Assembly: GCF_018350175.1 (NCBI RefSeq)
Contig: NC_058368.1
Coordinates: 183,832,001 to 183,896,000, forward strand
Length of the DNA stretch: 64,000 bases
Source of the DNA: Felis catus
Lineage: Eukaryota
Direction: 5' to 3'
Below the pieces are notes generated by a model that saw only the letters and a list, made by a program, of their open reading frames with translations, was not told the origin of the DNA and ran no database searches. Positions 51,479 through 64,000 of this stretch are shown one piece after another. Positions within the stretch are counted from its first letter, which is position 1. Each line of letters starts with the position of its first letter. Both the position numbers and the translations under genes were made by a program.

Positions 51479-52019
51479 TGTAGGGGAAGAAACACAATTT
51501 TTCTTCTACCCTTTAGGCGCTTGGCTGACACACTACATCCCTCCTTGTACTAACAGACAAATTAATAAGAGAAAAACAAACCAAAGTGTAAAAACATGTA
51601 TCCCTCCTGTATACGCAGGAGATATCCAGGAAAACTGAGTAACTTTGGGAAATAGACTGAGCTATCACCTTAAACACCATCATCAGGCAAAGACAAAAGG
51701 AGTTGGTGAGTGGAGAGCCAGTTATGGAAGGTTATCAGGGGGTAGGACAGGAAACCTAGGATTTGGTTGTTATATAAATTTAAGTTCTTTCTTTCTCCAC
51801 TGATAAGGGTTTCTAGAGATTTCTCTTCCTGGTATAGAAAGGGAGACACTCTTACAAATGGAGACTTTACCTATAAAAGTAAATGTCTCTTAATAAAGGG
51901 TGACTTGTACTCTTTTTCAGAGCTTCTCCTGGGTCTGCTGTTTCTTAAATTTAATCAGCCTAAAACAATCCTTATGCCAAAAAGCCATATTTTGGGGTGG
52001 CAAATTTTGTTCCCTTTGA
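51479..52019 (-). mobile_element. ERV1-class solo LTR (MER34-like, carnivore type)
   Basis: Terminus tgtaggggaag. End 'tatgccaaaaagccatattttggggtggcaaattttgttcccttt'. Confidence 0.8.
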
Positions 52020-52409
52020 ATTTTAAACACATATTTAATATTACATGGTATATATGCCTGAGATTATGTGGAATAAGTAGGCTAAAGAAGAAAATGAAGC
52101 AGAAGATATTGGAATGATAAACCATTTTCAGCTGCTGCTATCTTTTAAGGCAACATTCATGAGCACCTTCTGTGGTCTAGACACTGTGGTCATGCCTTAC
52201 CATGACAGATTCACTGTTTCTAAATATGAGATCTTCGTAACTGCCAATCTTGGGAATATTTGATTTCCCAATTATTATATATCTGTCTACACTTATACAT
52301 AATTTTGTGTTTCACTTGGATACCTTTAATAAATTAAAATGTATTGGTTTAATAAATACTTTCATGGTGTTATGTGAGAAACAATTCTATGTCTTTTACA
52401 AATAAGAAA

Positions 52410-52540
52410 TGATTTAACCCACATGGTGGACAGTTTTATTCCTGATTTGCAAGTAAGAAAACTGAGGCATAAAAAAGTTAAGAGTTTCCCCAACTTCACA
52501 TGTCACTTGTAGCCAAGACTCCAACCCAGGTTGTCTATGC
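52410..52540 (-). mobile_element. MIR SINE
   Basis: 'gtaagaaaactgaggcataaaaaagttaagagtttcccc'. Confidence 0.65.
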
Positions 52541-53104
52541 AGTTGGGATCATCTGAAGAAACATCACCGACCAAATGGCTGCGAGAATCTCTAGCACATT
52601 CATTTTAATTACTGCATACCATTGTTTTGTATGAGCATCCTAATATAATTGTTTTAAAACTATACTATTTGTACTATTTTGTTGTTTGTACTTTTCAGGG
52701 TACTTTTTATAGCAGTATATCATTTCATTTTGAAAACTTATCCAGTCTCACTCTGTCTTTTAATTAGTGAGTTCAATCTGTTTACATTTATTTTCTTAAT
52801 AGGTATTTTTAGTGTATTTCTTTAATCTTTGTATTTTTTATTTACACTCTTATTTTCTTATACATTTTTTCCTTCTTTCTTTTCTGCGTGTTGAATTGAA
52901 ATTTTCTCTATTCTCCCATACACATATTATTTTCTTCTCTCTGCAGATTTAGAAAATTTAGATTATATATTTCAGTGCTAACTTTAAAATTTTAAAGTTT
53001 ATCCTTAACATATTAATATATTTTCATTTAATAAACTTCAAGATCATGCAATATTTCTAATTTTTTCTTCATAAGGACTTCCCTATGTGCTATTTCTTTT
53101 TTGT

Positions 53105-53123
53105 TTAAAGTTTATTTACTAAT

Positions 53124-53173
<50 letters not shown>

Positions 53174-53322
53174 GGTGGGGGAGGGGCAGACAGAAAGGAG
53201 AGAGAAAATCTGTGCTGAAGCACAGAGCCTTATGTGGGGCTCAAACTCATGAACTGTGAGATCATTCCTTGAGCTGGAACCAAGAGTTAGACGCTTAACC
53301 ATCTGAGTCACGGAGGTGCCCC
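53105..53322 (-). mobile_element. Can-SINE with a long (GA)n
   Basis: Antisense head ending 'gaggtgcccc'. Confidence 0.92.
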
Positions 53323-53368
53323 AACTATTAACTACTTCTAACAATTTACTGCTTACTTTTTTCTTTAT

Positions 53369-53371
<3 letters not shown>

Positions 53372-53402
<31 letters not shown>
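53372..53402. repeat. (CA)n microsatellite
   Basis: Direct read. Confidence 0.95.
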
Positions 53403-53406
<4 letters not shown>

Positions 53407-54699
53407 TCATATAAAGATTATTAGTTATTGAATGCATCCACATATTCTGAAAATTTCTGTTCACCATTTCCCTTTACCCAATGACTTTCCTCTGGTCTCA
53501 CTTTTCTTTTAGTTAAAATCTGTACTTCAATTATTCCTTTACTGAGAATTTATGTAGTGAACTCTTAATCTGTGTATGAATGGTTTAGCTAGAAATATTT
53601 TAGATTGACAGTTATTTTCTCTTAAGATGATAAAGACATTTATTTCATCTATTAATGTCTATTTCACCTATTAACATCCTATCAGTGACAGGATATTTTC
53701 CTTTAGTTTAGTGTTGTTGTTGTTGCTGTTTTCCAGTAAATGCCATTTGTTTCTGGCTTTTAAGATTTCCAGTTTATCAATGATGTGTGCAGTTTCTCTA
53801 CCGTGTTTAGGTGTGCATTTTTATTTATTTGTACTATTCAGGACTTGAAGTGCCTTCTGAGTAAAATATACATGCCATCCTTGATTCTGAAAAATTATCA
53901 CCATGTATTTTTTTTTTCAAATATGACTTCCAGTCCATTCCCTCTATTTTCTCTTTCTGAGACTCTATTAGATATATTGTGGAGGCTCCATGTGTACTCT
54001 GTATTTCTTAAAAGTTTTTGAATAGCATTTATCTATCTGTGTTTTGGGATGATTTTATGACTAAATTCCTTAATTCCATTTTCAATTCAGTAAGTCTCTC
54101 CTCAACTGTGTCAACTGTTTAGATAGAATTTACTGAGGTATTTGTTTGCTTCTTTGTTCTTTTTAGTGGTAAGTGCTTCTTAATTAAGATTCCTTATGGG
54201 TTCCTTTCCTATCCACTTGCTTTTCTTTTATCTCTGTTTATTCTGTTGTTTAATACTGATATAATTGCCAGTTATCTCTTTGAGGATAATAACTGTTAAG
54301 AATGTGTTTTATAGTTTTAATCATAAACATTTCATCTTGGGTAACTTCAGGTTCTGATTGGTGATTCTGAGAACTATTTTTCTTAGTATTATGTTTCTTC
54401 ATCTGTTTTGAAACTTTGGTTTTGCGTAGAGGTTTCTTTGCTTCTTTCTTTTTTTCTTTTCTATGAGTATGTTTTCTCCCTTTCATATTAATCAATGTGG
54501 TGGTTGCCTCCATCTTGCCCTTGAGGGCTTGTTCAGGTCCCAGGCCTTAGCAGAACAGTTTGGTGCCCTGGATTAGAAGGAAGGAACATAAATGGCCCCA
54601 ACAAGTAGGGAACTTGGTTCATTTCTTGTTTATGAAGATGTATCCTCCTGTTCTCATAATTTTGCAACTTCATATAAGTGGCAGTCCTAGGGAACCTAT

Positions 54700-54702
54700 T
54701 TC

Positions 54703-54769
<67 letters not shown>

Positions 54770-54835
54770 CTTTCTTTTTGTTCTTTCTTTCTTTCTTTCT
54801 TTCTTTCTCTCGTTCTTTCTTTTGTTCTTTCTTTC
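54700..54835. repeat. (CTTT)n microsatellite
   Basis: Direct read. Confidence 0.95.
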
Positions 54836-55714
54836 AAGTCTTCTTTAATAAGCTATAGGAGGCCTCACATCCAATCTCAGCTTTAAATATTAGGTCTGGC
54901 TCTATAAATCCATTTTATGGGAGCGCTTTTAGTTCCCATGACCCCAGAAAAATTGACCTCTTGTCACTGCCTAATTTTGAACTTTAATACCAGAAGACCA
55001 GAGGTTCTAGTCCTACTCATTACCTTATATTTATAACTTATGAAAATGTCTGTCCAGTTCGTGAGGCCTACTGTATCTTTACAGTTTTTTTTTCCTTTTT
55101 CTATTTTATATATAATTATTATGTGATTGGGGCAGGGGTTGTATTGTGGTGGGATTTTACTGTCTTTTGGGAAATAATTCTAATTTAATTTATCTGTTGA
55201 TCATCTGTACTTGCTTCTGTCTATGATCATGGAGCCACACTACTGTACTTATTTCAGGATATTGATAATAAGAACAGAGCCGGGCTTAAAACATAGAAAT
55301 ACAGTATTGCTCATGAGAAGTCAAATACATATATACTATTCAGATGATTGTACAGAAAAAGCAGAGAGGAAACATTCCTTTATGGTATACCCAGGGACAT
55401 CAGTGAACTGATCTTAAAAGGATTATGGTTTGACAATCATTTGTAGGGTGATCTAAATGGTGACTGAATTTCAGCAAAACAACATCATCTGTAATAAGAA
55501 CTTTGTGTTATTGATTTGAATACCATCTGTATTGTTTTGTTTATATTTGGTTTATAAATGTCTTGGCTACATAAGTGCACAGAAGTCCTACACATACAGA
55601 CTTTAACCTCACTCTGAACATGATCTTAATTAATCAATATAGTAAGAATGATGTATAATAAATACTAGATATGTTTCCTTTTAAAGAGAAGAACTTCAAC
55701 TTTAAGTAACATTA

Positions 55715-55885
55715 AATTGTATGATCTAATCCTCATAATAATCATGTGAGGTAGACTCAACATTGATCTTGTTCTCCACATTCAGGTGAGACAATTGAGG
55801 GAAAATGTCAAGTGATTATCACAAGGTTAAATAACTAGTAAGCCAGGATATAAATTTGTTTGCAGAACCCGTGCACTTAATGACT
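55715..55885 (-). mobile_element. MIR SINE
   Basis: 'taatcctcataataatcatgtgaggtag...caggtgagacaattgagg...aagtgattatcacaagg'. Confidence 0.75.
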
Positions 55886-56995
55886 GAGAATGTGCACAAA
55901 CGCATGGGGACATAGGGAAAAGAAGGACCCATTTGTCAGGGAATGACTTAATTTCATCAAAGCTTTAGCATTAACCCAGCTCATACTTTTCCCTGAAGTT
56001 CTAGTATACATGGGATTTAAGGATACACTGAACCTGGGCTTCCCATTGCACAAGATCAAAACCTGAGAGAGAAGAAAATGTAAATCCCATAAAACAGAAA
56101 TTACAAGACACAGAAAATCGATATATAATCAGTCACTCAAAATACATATCATGGTCATCCTTAAAATTGCCTATATGACATATTTCCTTACCTTTCTTCT
56201 GGGACCAAGTGTTTTTAGGTAAAGAGAAGTTTTCAAAATTTTCAAGAAAACCTTAGCAGTGGGAAAACATTAGAAGTTTGACTCTGCCTGTGTGGATTTG
56301 AAATGGTTAAACAAAAGACAGGATGATATTCAGGTTTTCCAAAATTAGGTAGTTGAAAAACTGTAGAAAACTTTAGGATGAGGGCAATATCGTTTCAGTT
56401 GAAAATTAAAATCTCATTGAATACGAACATGGTATGATATTATTACCAATTCCCTTTTACCCATTAGATTCTGACTGCTGTAACCAACTTAAAATGTAAC
56501 TTTTCTTTTTGAAGCTAAAAATGATTCCTATCTTACTTCAGATAAATTATTTGTCATACTTACAAGATCGTGTCGCTGGGTAAAAAAAAATGTTCCTTGT
56601 TGCCATCCCTATTCTTTATTCACTGAGGGAAATGATGTACTTTTTAAAAGTTCTGATAAGAACTCCTCAGTGATAACTAATATTTCATGTTACAAGACAA
56701 ATTAAATGCATAGTATTTTAATATGTAAAACTGTGTGTCATATCTTGTGAAAGAAGGAGAGAAACAATTGGTAGGGATATATTGCTTCTTGTATATAACT
56801 ATATTTCAAGTCTTTGGTGATAAGCTTAATTTAAAGTTCATAAATCATGTCTTCTTTATTATCATTAAGAAAAGTCTAAGCCCAGAGATTCAAAGTCATT
56901 CTCTCTTCATCCTGCAGTTCTTTCCTGTTTTGCCTCCTAACCCACTCCCCCCCGAAAGCTCCTTCTCAGGCACCTTTTATTTAAATGTGGTGTTA

Positions 56996-57202
56996 GGGCC
57001 CCTGGGTGCTCAGTCTGTTAAGCATTCGACTTTGGCTCAGGTCATGATCTCATGGTTCGTGGGTTCAAGTACCATGTTGGGCTCTGTGCTGACAGTGCTG
57101 AACCTGGAGCCTGCTTAGGATTCTGTGTCCCCTCCTCTCACTGCCTCTCCCCAACTCATGCTCTGTCTCTGTCTCTCAAAAATGAATAAACGTTTAAAAA
57201 AT
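56996..57202 (+). mobile_element. Can-SINE
   Basis: Canonical body. TSD tatttaaatgtggt on both sides. Confidence 0.93.
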
Positions 57203-57364
57203 ATTTAAATGTGGTCTTCAGAGATCTGTCATTCACCTATTTTCATTTGATTCTATATAAACTTCATAAAGGATACTATGTAGTATGTGGTTATCATGCA
57301 TCTAAGACTAATGGATTTATATATTCTCAAGCTCTACTTGTTTATAAAAAATACATTAATGAGC

Positions 57365-57901
57365 TTTTATTCTTTTTTCTAGGTTTATTGATATAGAATT
57401 GATTTATAACTGTGTGGTTTTAAGGTGTACAACATGATGATATGATACACATATATACTGCAAAATGATTATCACAGTAGTATTAGTTAACATCTTTATT
57501 ACCTCACATACTTTTCAATTGTTTTCTTATGGTGAGAACATTTATTCTCTGAGCAGCTTTCAAGTATATAATGCAGTACTGTTAACCAAAATCACATGCT
57601 GTACATTAGATCCCCAAAACTTACTCATTTTATAACTGGAATTTTATACAATTTGACTGACATCTCCCCTTTTCCAACACCTCTCAGCCTCTGGCAACCA
57701 TCATTCTACATTCTATTTCTATGAGTTCAGATCCTTTAGATTTCACATGTAAGTGATATCATACAGTATTTTTCTTTGTCTGACTTATTTCACTTAGTGT
57801 AATGCCCTCAAGGTCTATCCATGTTGTTGCAAATGGCAAGATTTTCTTCTTTCTCATGGCTGAATAATGTTGCTATTAATATCACATGTAATATTAATAC
57901 T

Positions 57902-57934
<33 letters not shown>

Positions 57935-58075
57935 CACATAGATATATGTATGTATATATATTCACATCTTCATCAGTTTACTCACAGATGTTTGCCTCAG
58001 TTGTTCCCATAGCTTGGCTATTGTGAATAATGTAAGAACATGAAAGTACAGATACCTTTTTGAGAACCTGATTGC
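57365..58075 (-). mobile_element. L1 3' end (L1MA9/L1_Carn-like) with an internal (CA)n
   Basis: 'taaggtgtacaacatgatga', 'atgctgtacattagatcccc', 'tgacttatttcacttag'. Confidence 0.9.
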
Positions 58076-58084
58076 AATTATTAT

Positions 58085-58307
58085 TTTTTTTCAAAAAATT
58101 TTTAATGTTTATTTATTTTTGAGAGAGAGAAAGACAGAGCACAAGCAGGGGAGGGAAGCAGAGAGAGCCGAAGACACAGAATCTGAAGCATGCTCCAGGC
58201 TCTGAGCTGTCAGTACAATGCCCTACATGGGCCTGAACCCACGAGCCGTGAGATCATGACCTGAGTGGAAGTCGGACGCTTAATCCACTAAGCCACCTAG
58301 TTACCTC
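58085..58307 (-). mobile_element. Can-SINE
   Basis: 'gacacagaatctgaagca...gagatcatgacctgag...gtcggacgcttaa'. Confidence 0.93.
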
Positions 58308-60295
58308 TCAATTTGAAGCCATTCTTAAGTAAGAAAGCACATTGCCTTTGAGAAACTAAGTAAAATTTACTTTGACTGGATTCTGGAGTGCAAGCTAAAT
58401 GGTGAAGAATAAACCTCACGAGGTAAGAAAACCCAAATTACACAATATCTATTAAAGCCATTTTCTGAATACAGTAGCTCTATTAATGTGAACTACAATC
58501 AGTTCCTTGGTGGCCATGCTACAGTCTTGATACTGTTGACATTAGGTATACTTCCATAAGAGGAACCCAACTGTTTTCAGTTGTACTTTTGTTTATGTTT
58601 ATTTGAAATGTAATGGGAAAAAATTCCTTTTTTCAATTTCAATGTGTTAGATTTGTTCCCATCATATCTCTCATTCAAAATTTCTCTGGAACCTGATTTG
58701 TCATTATACATATTATACTCACTAACCTCTCATTACAGGTTCCTGTTTTGTCCACAAAAGTGTAGCTGACTTTGTCCACCTCTATTGGGAAACTGAATTT
58801 GAGAAATTGAATTTGAGGAACATCATGTCTGTCTAATAATCTAACTTGGTTCAGAGATACTTAAAAAGATATTTTATGTCATCCTAAGCATAACACAGCC
58901 CTCAGCTCCTTATAAATATTAACCTTTGTGGTTCAATGTTTTGGAAATCTAAAGATACCTATCTGACAAACAACTTAATTCTATGCCTCTACTCCAATGG
59001 TGTTCATCCAAAAAAGAAAAATTATTCAGCCTTTTATGGGAAAGTACACTAATCAACACCCTTTAGCAAGCCTGTTGAGTTACATACCCTCTATACTCAG
59101 GTACATATTTTAAACTTCTCTAATTAGTTTTTTACACTGAAAGATGGCTCGTTGTTCTGTTGTTTGTGATGAAGGGTCATCTAGATGAAGACTGTGAGAG
59201 TGAAGATGAATAAGTTATTGAATTTCAAAGGAAAAATCCTGGAAGGACAGCCCATTATTTTAGACTTATTTCTATGTGTACTTTACAGCATACCACATAT
59301 TTTTCTTCATTGCCTGATATTTACTGCTTTTTCATTCTTAGTGGAACTTTTTTCATCATGTAATTTTTGAGAGTATTATAATCCTATGAAATTTTGTAAT
59401 TTACAGTCCAAGTAAAGAACATTTTTATATATATGCCTTACAACAAACCTGTATTTTCCTGATGAAAGTAAGTATATACACTTTTTTACTTGAAGTAAAC
59501 CATATGTACGAAAACTGTATATGAGAAGGAAGGTATAATTTTGACTTTGCAAAAGCCTCATACATTGATCCCTTTCTCAAGGTTCTTTAATGCATTTAAG
59601 TATAATTCAGTTTCTAATTGAATAACTTCTAAGAATATACTTATCATATAACACAGGGTATATTAACATAATTCAAAACATCATTAGATCAATTTTAATG
59701 AAATAAAAATAATAAGTAGAGTCATGGGAATGAGTTAGTTATGGAAAAATATCTCATAAAAGATCCTTTTATATTTTAATGTAAAGACAAAGGTAAGAAG
59801 TTAATTGAATGTCAGAAAAGTGACAAGTTTCTGTCTTAACCTTGAAACTTGTGGGAACGTGGAATGCCAGATTTGTGCCATATGTTACAGACCCTGACAG
59901 TGTTATGTGTTTTTACCACAACACCATCTGTGCTGCTATACCTGAATAGGGACAGTGGCTAGAAATGGAGAAAAATAATGAACTCTTGCAACATATTTTT
60001 TTTTCCCCTGAGCTCACACAGCTGGTGAGAGATGCTTTACTTTAATCTGAAAAGCATTACTTAAGTCTTGAATGACAACGGATCAGAATCTTTGACCTCT
60101 TCGTATTGACTATTTATTTTCTACAAGTGTGAAAAGTATTATTTCCATTTTAAAAATTAAAAAAAATAAATCAATATCTAAAACATTGATATCATATCTT
60201 TGGAGTTCATCACTTTATTTTTGTAATAACCCTTACAGGTGCAAAAAACAGAAACTATGTCTATATAACAACAGAAATATTAAAATTAGGTAGTA

Positions 60296-60512
60296 GGGGC
60301 ACCTGGGTGGCTGAGTCAGTTAAGCATCCACCTTGATTTTGGTTCAGGCTATGATCTCATGGATTATGGGATCAAACCCTGTGTCTGCTCCATGCTGACA
60401 GGACAGAGGCTGCTTGGGATTCTCTTTCCTCTCTCTGCCTACCCCATCCCCCACTACTTGTAGGCACTCTCTCTCTATCTCTCAAAATACATTAAAAAAA
60501 AATTTTTTAAAA
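60296..60512 (+). mobile_element. Can-SINE (older)
   Basis: Head ggggcacctgggtggctgagtcagttaagc. Confidence 0.92.
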
Positions 60513-60539
60513 TTCGCAGGGTAAAGTTGATTCCATTGG

Positions 60540-60637
60540 CTCTGGAGTTACCATAGAATAATTTCATGTATAACTTTATACTCACTTTACTGTTTATTAC
60601 CACTGAATATGGGTTTAATCCTTGATTTTTGATGATT

Positions 60638-60671
<34 letters not shown>

Positions 60672-60780
60672 CTCAATAAGATGGACGACACCATCTACCA
60701 TTCCAGAGTTGGTGCAAGGTTAGAGGTAAAGTACATCAAGAACATAACATACTGTCAAGTTCAAAGTAGACAATTACCAG
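60540..60780 (+). mobile_element. MIR remnant containing a 31-nt poly-T (60639-60669)
   Basis: 'ggctctggagt', 'ataagatgg...ctacc...agagttggtgcaagg'. Confidence 0.5.
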
Positions 60781-61649
60781 TTTTCCCAGACACCTAAAGG
60801 TGCCCTGTCATACTTTTCAGGCATCCAAGAGTAATATTCTATTATTACTGTTCTAACTCACCACATATGCTAGATAGCATGTATGGGCAATGATCTACTT
60901 AAGAAATGAGTGAATATTTCAAATTTTGCTTCTAAGGAACACATATTCATATTAATGGAAGAATGCTGATTCTATTTTACAAATTGTCTAATATGCCACT
61001 TGTTGCTTATATAGCTATCATTTACAAGTATCCCCAGAGAAAATAAAGAAACTTAGGCATGTAATCCTTAGTCCTAACATTCTTAGACGTTAGACAAAAA
61101 GAAATGTAAATATTTCCCACTAAAGGAAGTAAACAACCCCTCTTTAGGTAAACATGTAGGAAGGAAAAAGGGAAAGTAGACAAGTAGGATCGAGGAAAGG
61201 AGTAAGGGGAGAAAGAAAGAAGGGAGTTCATTCATAATATAAACAGGCCGTAATATATACATGTGCGGAGGGATAACAAGAACTTGCTTACCAGATCATC
61301 TTGAAACATACTGAAAAGCACAGAGCTTCCTTACCCTCTAGTTGTGTAATACAAAAACTTTGAGGCATGATAAAAGAATTTTAGGCATTAACAAACAAGT
61401 AAGGATATAATTTTTGCCCCAACTGATGAAAACTTGTTGCCAATGACACTGGAAGCACCAGACTTTATCCATTCGCCAGTTCCGTCAGATGTTCACCAAT
61501 TCCATCAGACTTTATCCATTTACCAATGCCCACTTATCAAGATTATCAGGAGGGTCAAAGCTGACTGTGGGCCTATCCCTCTTAAGTTATCGCTCCTTCC
61601 CTCTCTTTTACTCTACAAGCACAAAACTAGGGTACTCTCATAATCACTT

Positions 61650-61773
61650 TCTTTTTAAATTTTTTAAATTTGTTTTTGAGAGAAAGAGTGAGGGAGACCG
61701 AGAACCCAAAGCGGGCTCCAAGCTCCAAGTTGTAAATGCAAATGCTTAATCAACTGAGCCACCCAGGCACCCC
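61650..61773 (-). mobile_element. Internally deleted Can-SINE
   Basis: Antisense head 'ctgagccacccaggcacccc'. TSD atcactttctttttaaa / atcactctccttttaaa. Confidence 0.85.
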
Positions 61774-61999
61774 ATCACTCTCCTTTTAAACAATCCCTTC
61801 CTTCCAATTCCTTTAGCCTAAAGGGCACACGTTTTATGTTTTCAGTCAGGTAACACTTACTTAGTAACCTGTGATGTTTTTTTATAACACAAGCATACTT
61901 CTGTTTCTTCAATCACAACTCATGTTCATTTTTAATTTACTTTTTATGTGAGATAATAATTATCCGACATATATAATATCATGACCCACGTTTTAATAG

Positions 62000-62360
62000 A
62001 CTTTGAAAAATCTGATGAACATAAGTGATATTATCAATGCCCCAAAGAGGCTGAGTTTGCCCAAGGTCAACAGAAAAATTTAAAACTGAAACTAGAACTC
62101 CTGCCAAGCGCGTACCACTCTATGTACATGATGTTAAAAGAAATAACAGCTATTGGTACTTTATCAGCCTACCATATGCTCAACAGGGTAGCAGCAGCTC
62201 TCCATACATTATTTCTTCCCTGGATAATAATTATAAAATTTATGGGTATTAATGCACCAATTTTGTAGATGAGGAAATAGATTCAATTTTAGAGAATTTC
62301 CCTGAGGTCACACGGACAGTAATTGGCAGAGCTATCATTCTAAACAAGGTTTGTATGGCA
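62000..62360 (-). mobile_element. Two MIR fragments
   Basis: 'ttgcccaaggtcaacag' and 'attttgtagatgaggaaatagattc...cctgaggtcacacggacagtaattggcagagct'. Confidence 0.7.
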
Positions 62361-63745
62361 AGAAATCTTCTTTATAGAAACCTTTAGGCCCAGATATCAA
62401 GCAAGGTCATGATTCGTATGCTAATAAACTAATAACAAAAACCTAATACCAACGTACCAAGAAAGGTATTATGTTAATTTCCCTTAAATTAATGAAAGTA
62501 ATAATAGAAGGCAGAAAGTCAATAATACTCTTTCCAATTTAAAATAAGAAGTCAATAATAATCTTTTGAAATTTTAAATAAAAGATTTTTGGCACGATTA
62601 TATAAAAGCCCCTTTAGAAACATTAAGATTCATTCAATTAAATTCATAATAGGATGCTATCCTCATAAAGTTATTCTAGGTGATATACACATAGATCAAA
62701 TGTAATAAAAAGCATTTCAGAGCCCCTTTAAGAGCCATGAATTCATCTGTTAATAATGGTTTTGATTGAAGCTATTACATTTACATGTGTACACATACAT
62801 TTAAAGATTAAATGTGCATTTTTATATTAGATACTTATTATGTATTAGCAAATGAAAACACTTACATTCAGTGGTTTTGTAGGCAAGCCTTTTCTGAACT
62901 AAGCAGATTTCTGCTTAGTTAAATCCTTCCCTCCCCTTGACTGTGAATCCCACTGGCTCTTGCTAGAAAACAGTATTAGACTGAATAGGTATATGTGCTT
63001 GATGTAATTTCTATCCTTGTAAAAAGCAGTTACTGCACATCTGAAATTGCTACTTTTCCTCTCTAATATTACTGTCATTTTATGGTGTGCTGTATAATTA
63101 AGTTTACTGCAACACAGAGGTATTTGGTAGAGTTTCCATTTCCTACCTATGGCTTATTTTTACTCCATATGATAAATTAACAATCTGAAAAATATAATTT
63201 TAAATCCCAGCTATGTTTAGTGAGTCTTTTCTCCCCTCTGGAGCTTTATTATTTTTTAATAGTTAATGTTAAGGAATAGAGTACCTACATGTTATATTAA
63301 CCCAGATATTGCAATGTAGCTATTCTGTTTCCAGTTTTTACACTTAAAAAAAAAAGAAGCAATTTAAATAAATATTTTAGAAAATTCCACCAGGATAAGA
63401 AAATCATCAGAAAAATAACATTGAAATCCCAAGTAAAAATTATAATCATCATGGATTGCCACAATACTATGATTATAGAGAACCTGTGATAATACTGCAG
63501 GGATGGGGGGAATAAAAGAAAGCTATTCAGATGAAAAAGCTGGTATAGAGGAGAAATACTTGATATAACCTGGTTATTTTTTGGAGAGAATAATGCCATA
63601 ATGTCACACTTTATCTCCTAGCTTTACCTACATACTTCAATCTTATTGGAGTTTTTGTTTGTGTGTTTGTTGTCATTTTTGGTATTCTTGTCTCACTAGG
63701 AATTTGGTTTTGGATGAGGTCTGTGACCATCTTAAACTCCTTTTC

Positions 63746-63755
63746 ATATATATAT

Positions 63756-63804
<49 letters not shown>
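63746..63804. repeat. (TA)n microsatellite
   Basis: Direct read. Confidence 0.95.
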
Positions 63805-63806
<2 letters not shown>

Positions 63807-64000
63807 TTTTTCTCTCCACAAATTAAAAAATACACATTAACCATTGAAGAACCAATGGTAGAAGCAGCCGAAAGGTGTTCCTCAGTTACATTTTGTGCAA
63901 TTTTGGGCAAGGTCATTCAATTTAGATGTCTCTACTACTTCTGCCTTATCACAGCCTCCTACAGTAGTCCATTGAGACTACCCACCATGGTAGAATTTTG

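Larger units (their letters stand above)
52700..55150 (-). mobile_element. Old L1 (L1M4/L1ME-like) 5' half: 5'UTR, ORF1 and ORF2 start
   Basis: 'ctctgtcttttaattagtgagttcaatctgtttacattta' is the antisense ORF2 start. 'ttttagattgacagttattttctcttaag' is antisense ORF1. Confidence 0.65.

Noticed and set aside
8844..61773. tRNA genes suggested by A/B-box motifs
   Set aside because: All are tRNA-derived heads of Can-SINEs with CT-rich bodies, A tails and TSDs
1..64000. CRISPR arrays, prokaryotic systems, CpG-island promoter, NUMT or endogenous viral ORFs
   Set aside because: None seen. CpG-depleted mammalian DNA, and only solo LTRs without internal gag/pol/env.

Overview
AT-rich mammalian genomic DNA, almost certainly from a cat-family (Felidae) genome given the many feline-type Can-SINEs and carnivore L1 3' ends. 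It looks like a gene desert or a very large intron. No intact protein-coding exon or RNA gene can be supported. The ORF track is explained by repeats, microsatellites, antisense reading of a pseudogene, or chance. The window holds a full-length, TSD-flanked RPS6 processed pseudogene (10693-11520) and about 20 Can-SINEs. It also holds L1 fragments of several ages, L2, L3/CR1, MIR, MaLR/ERV solo LTRs and hAT MER elements. The most notable feature not explained by repeat families is an apparently very old head-to-tail tandem duplication of ~6-7 kb of unique non-coding DNA (~15540-22560 vs ~22590-28840). It is visible as colinear anchors whose offsets change by roughly the sizes of the transposons found in only one copy. 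Its left end overlaps a dense TGACA (TALE/MEIS-type) motif cluster. Repeat subfamily names come from recalled consensus similarity and need RepeatMasker/Dfam confirmation. Boundaries are approximate unless TSDs are quoted.
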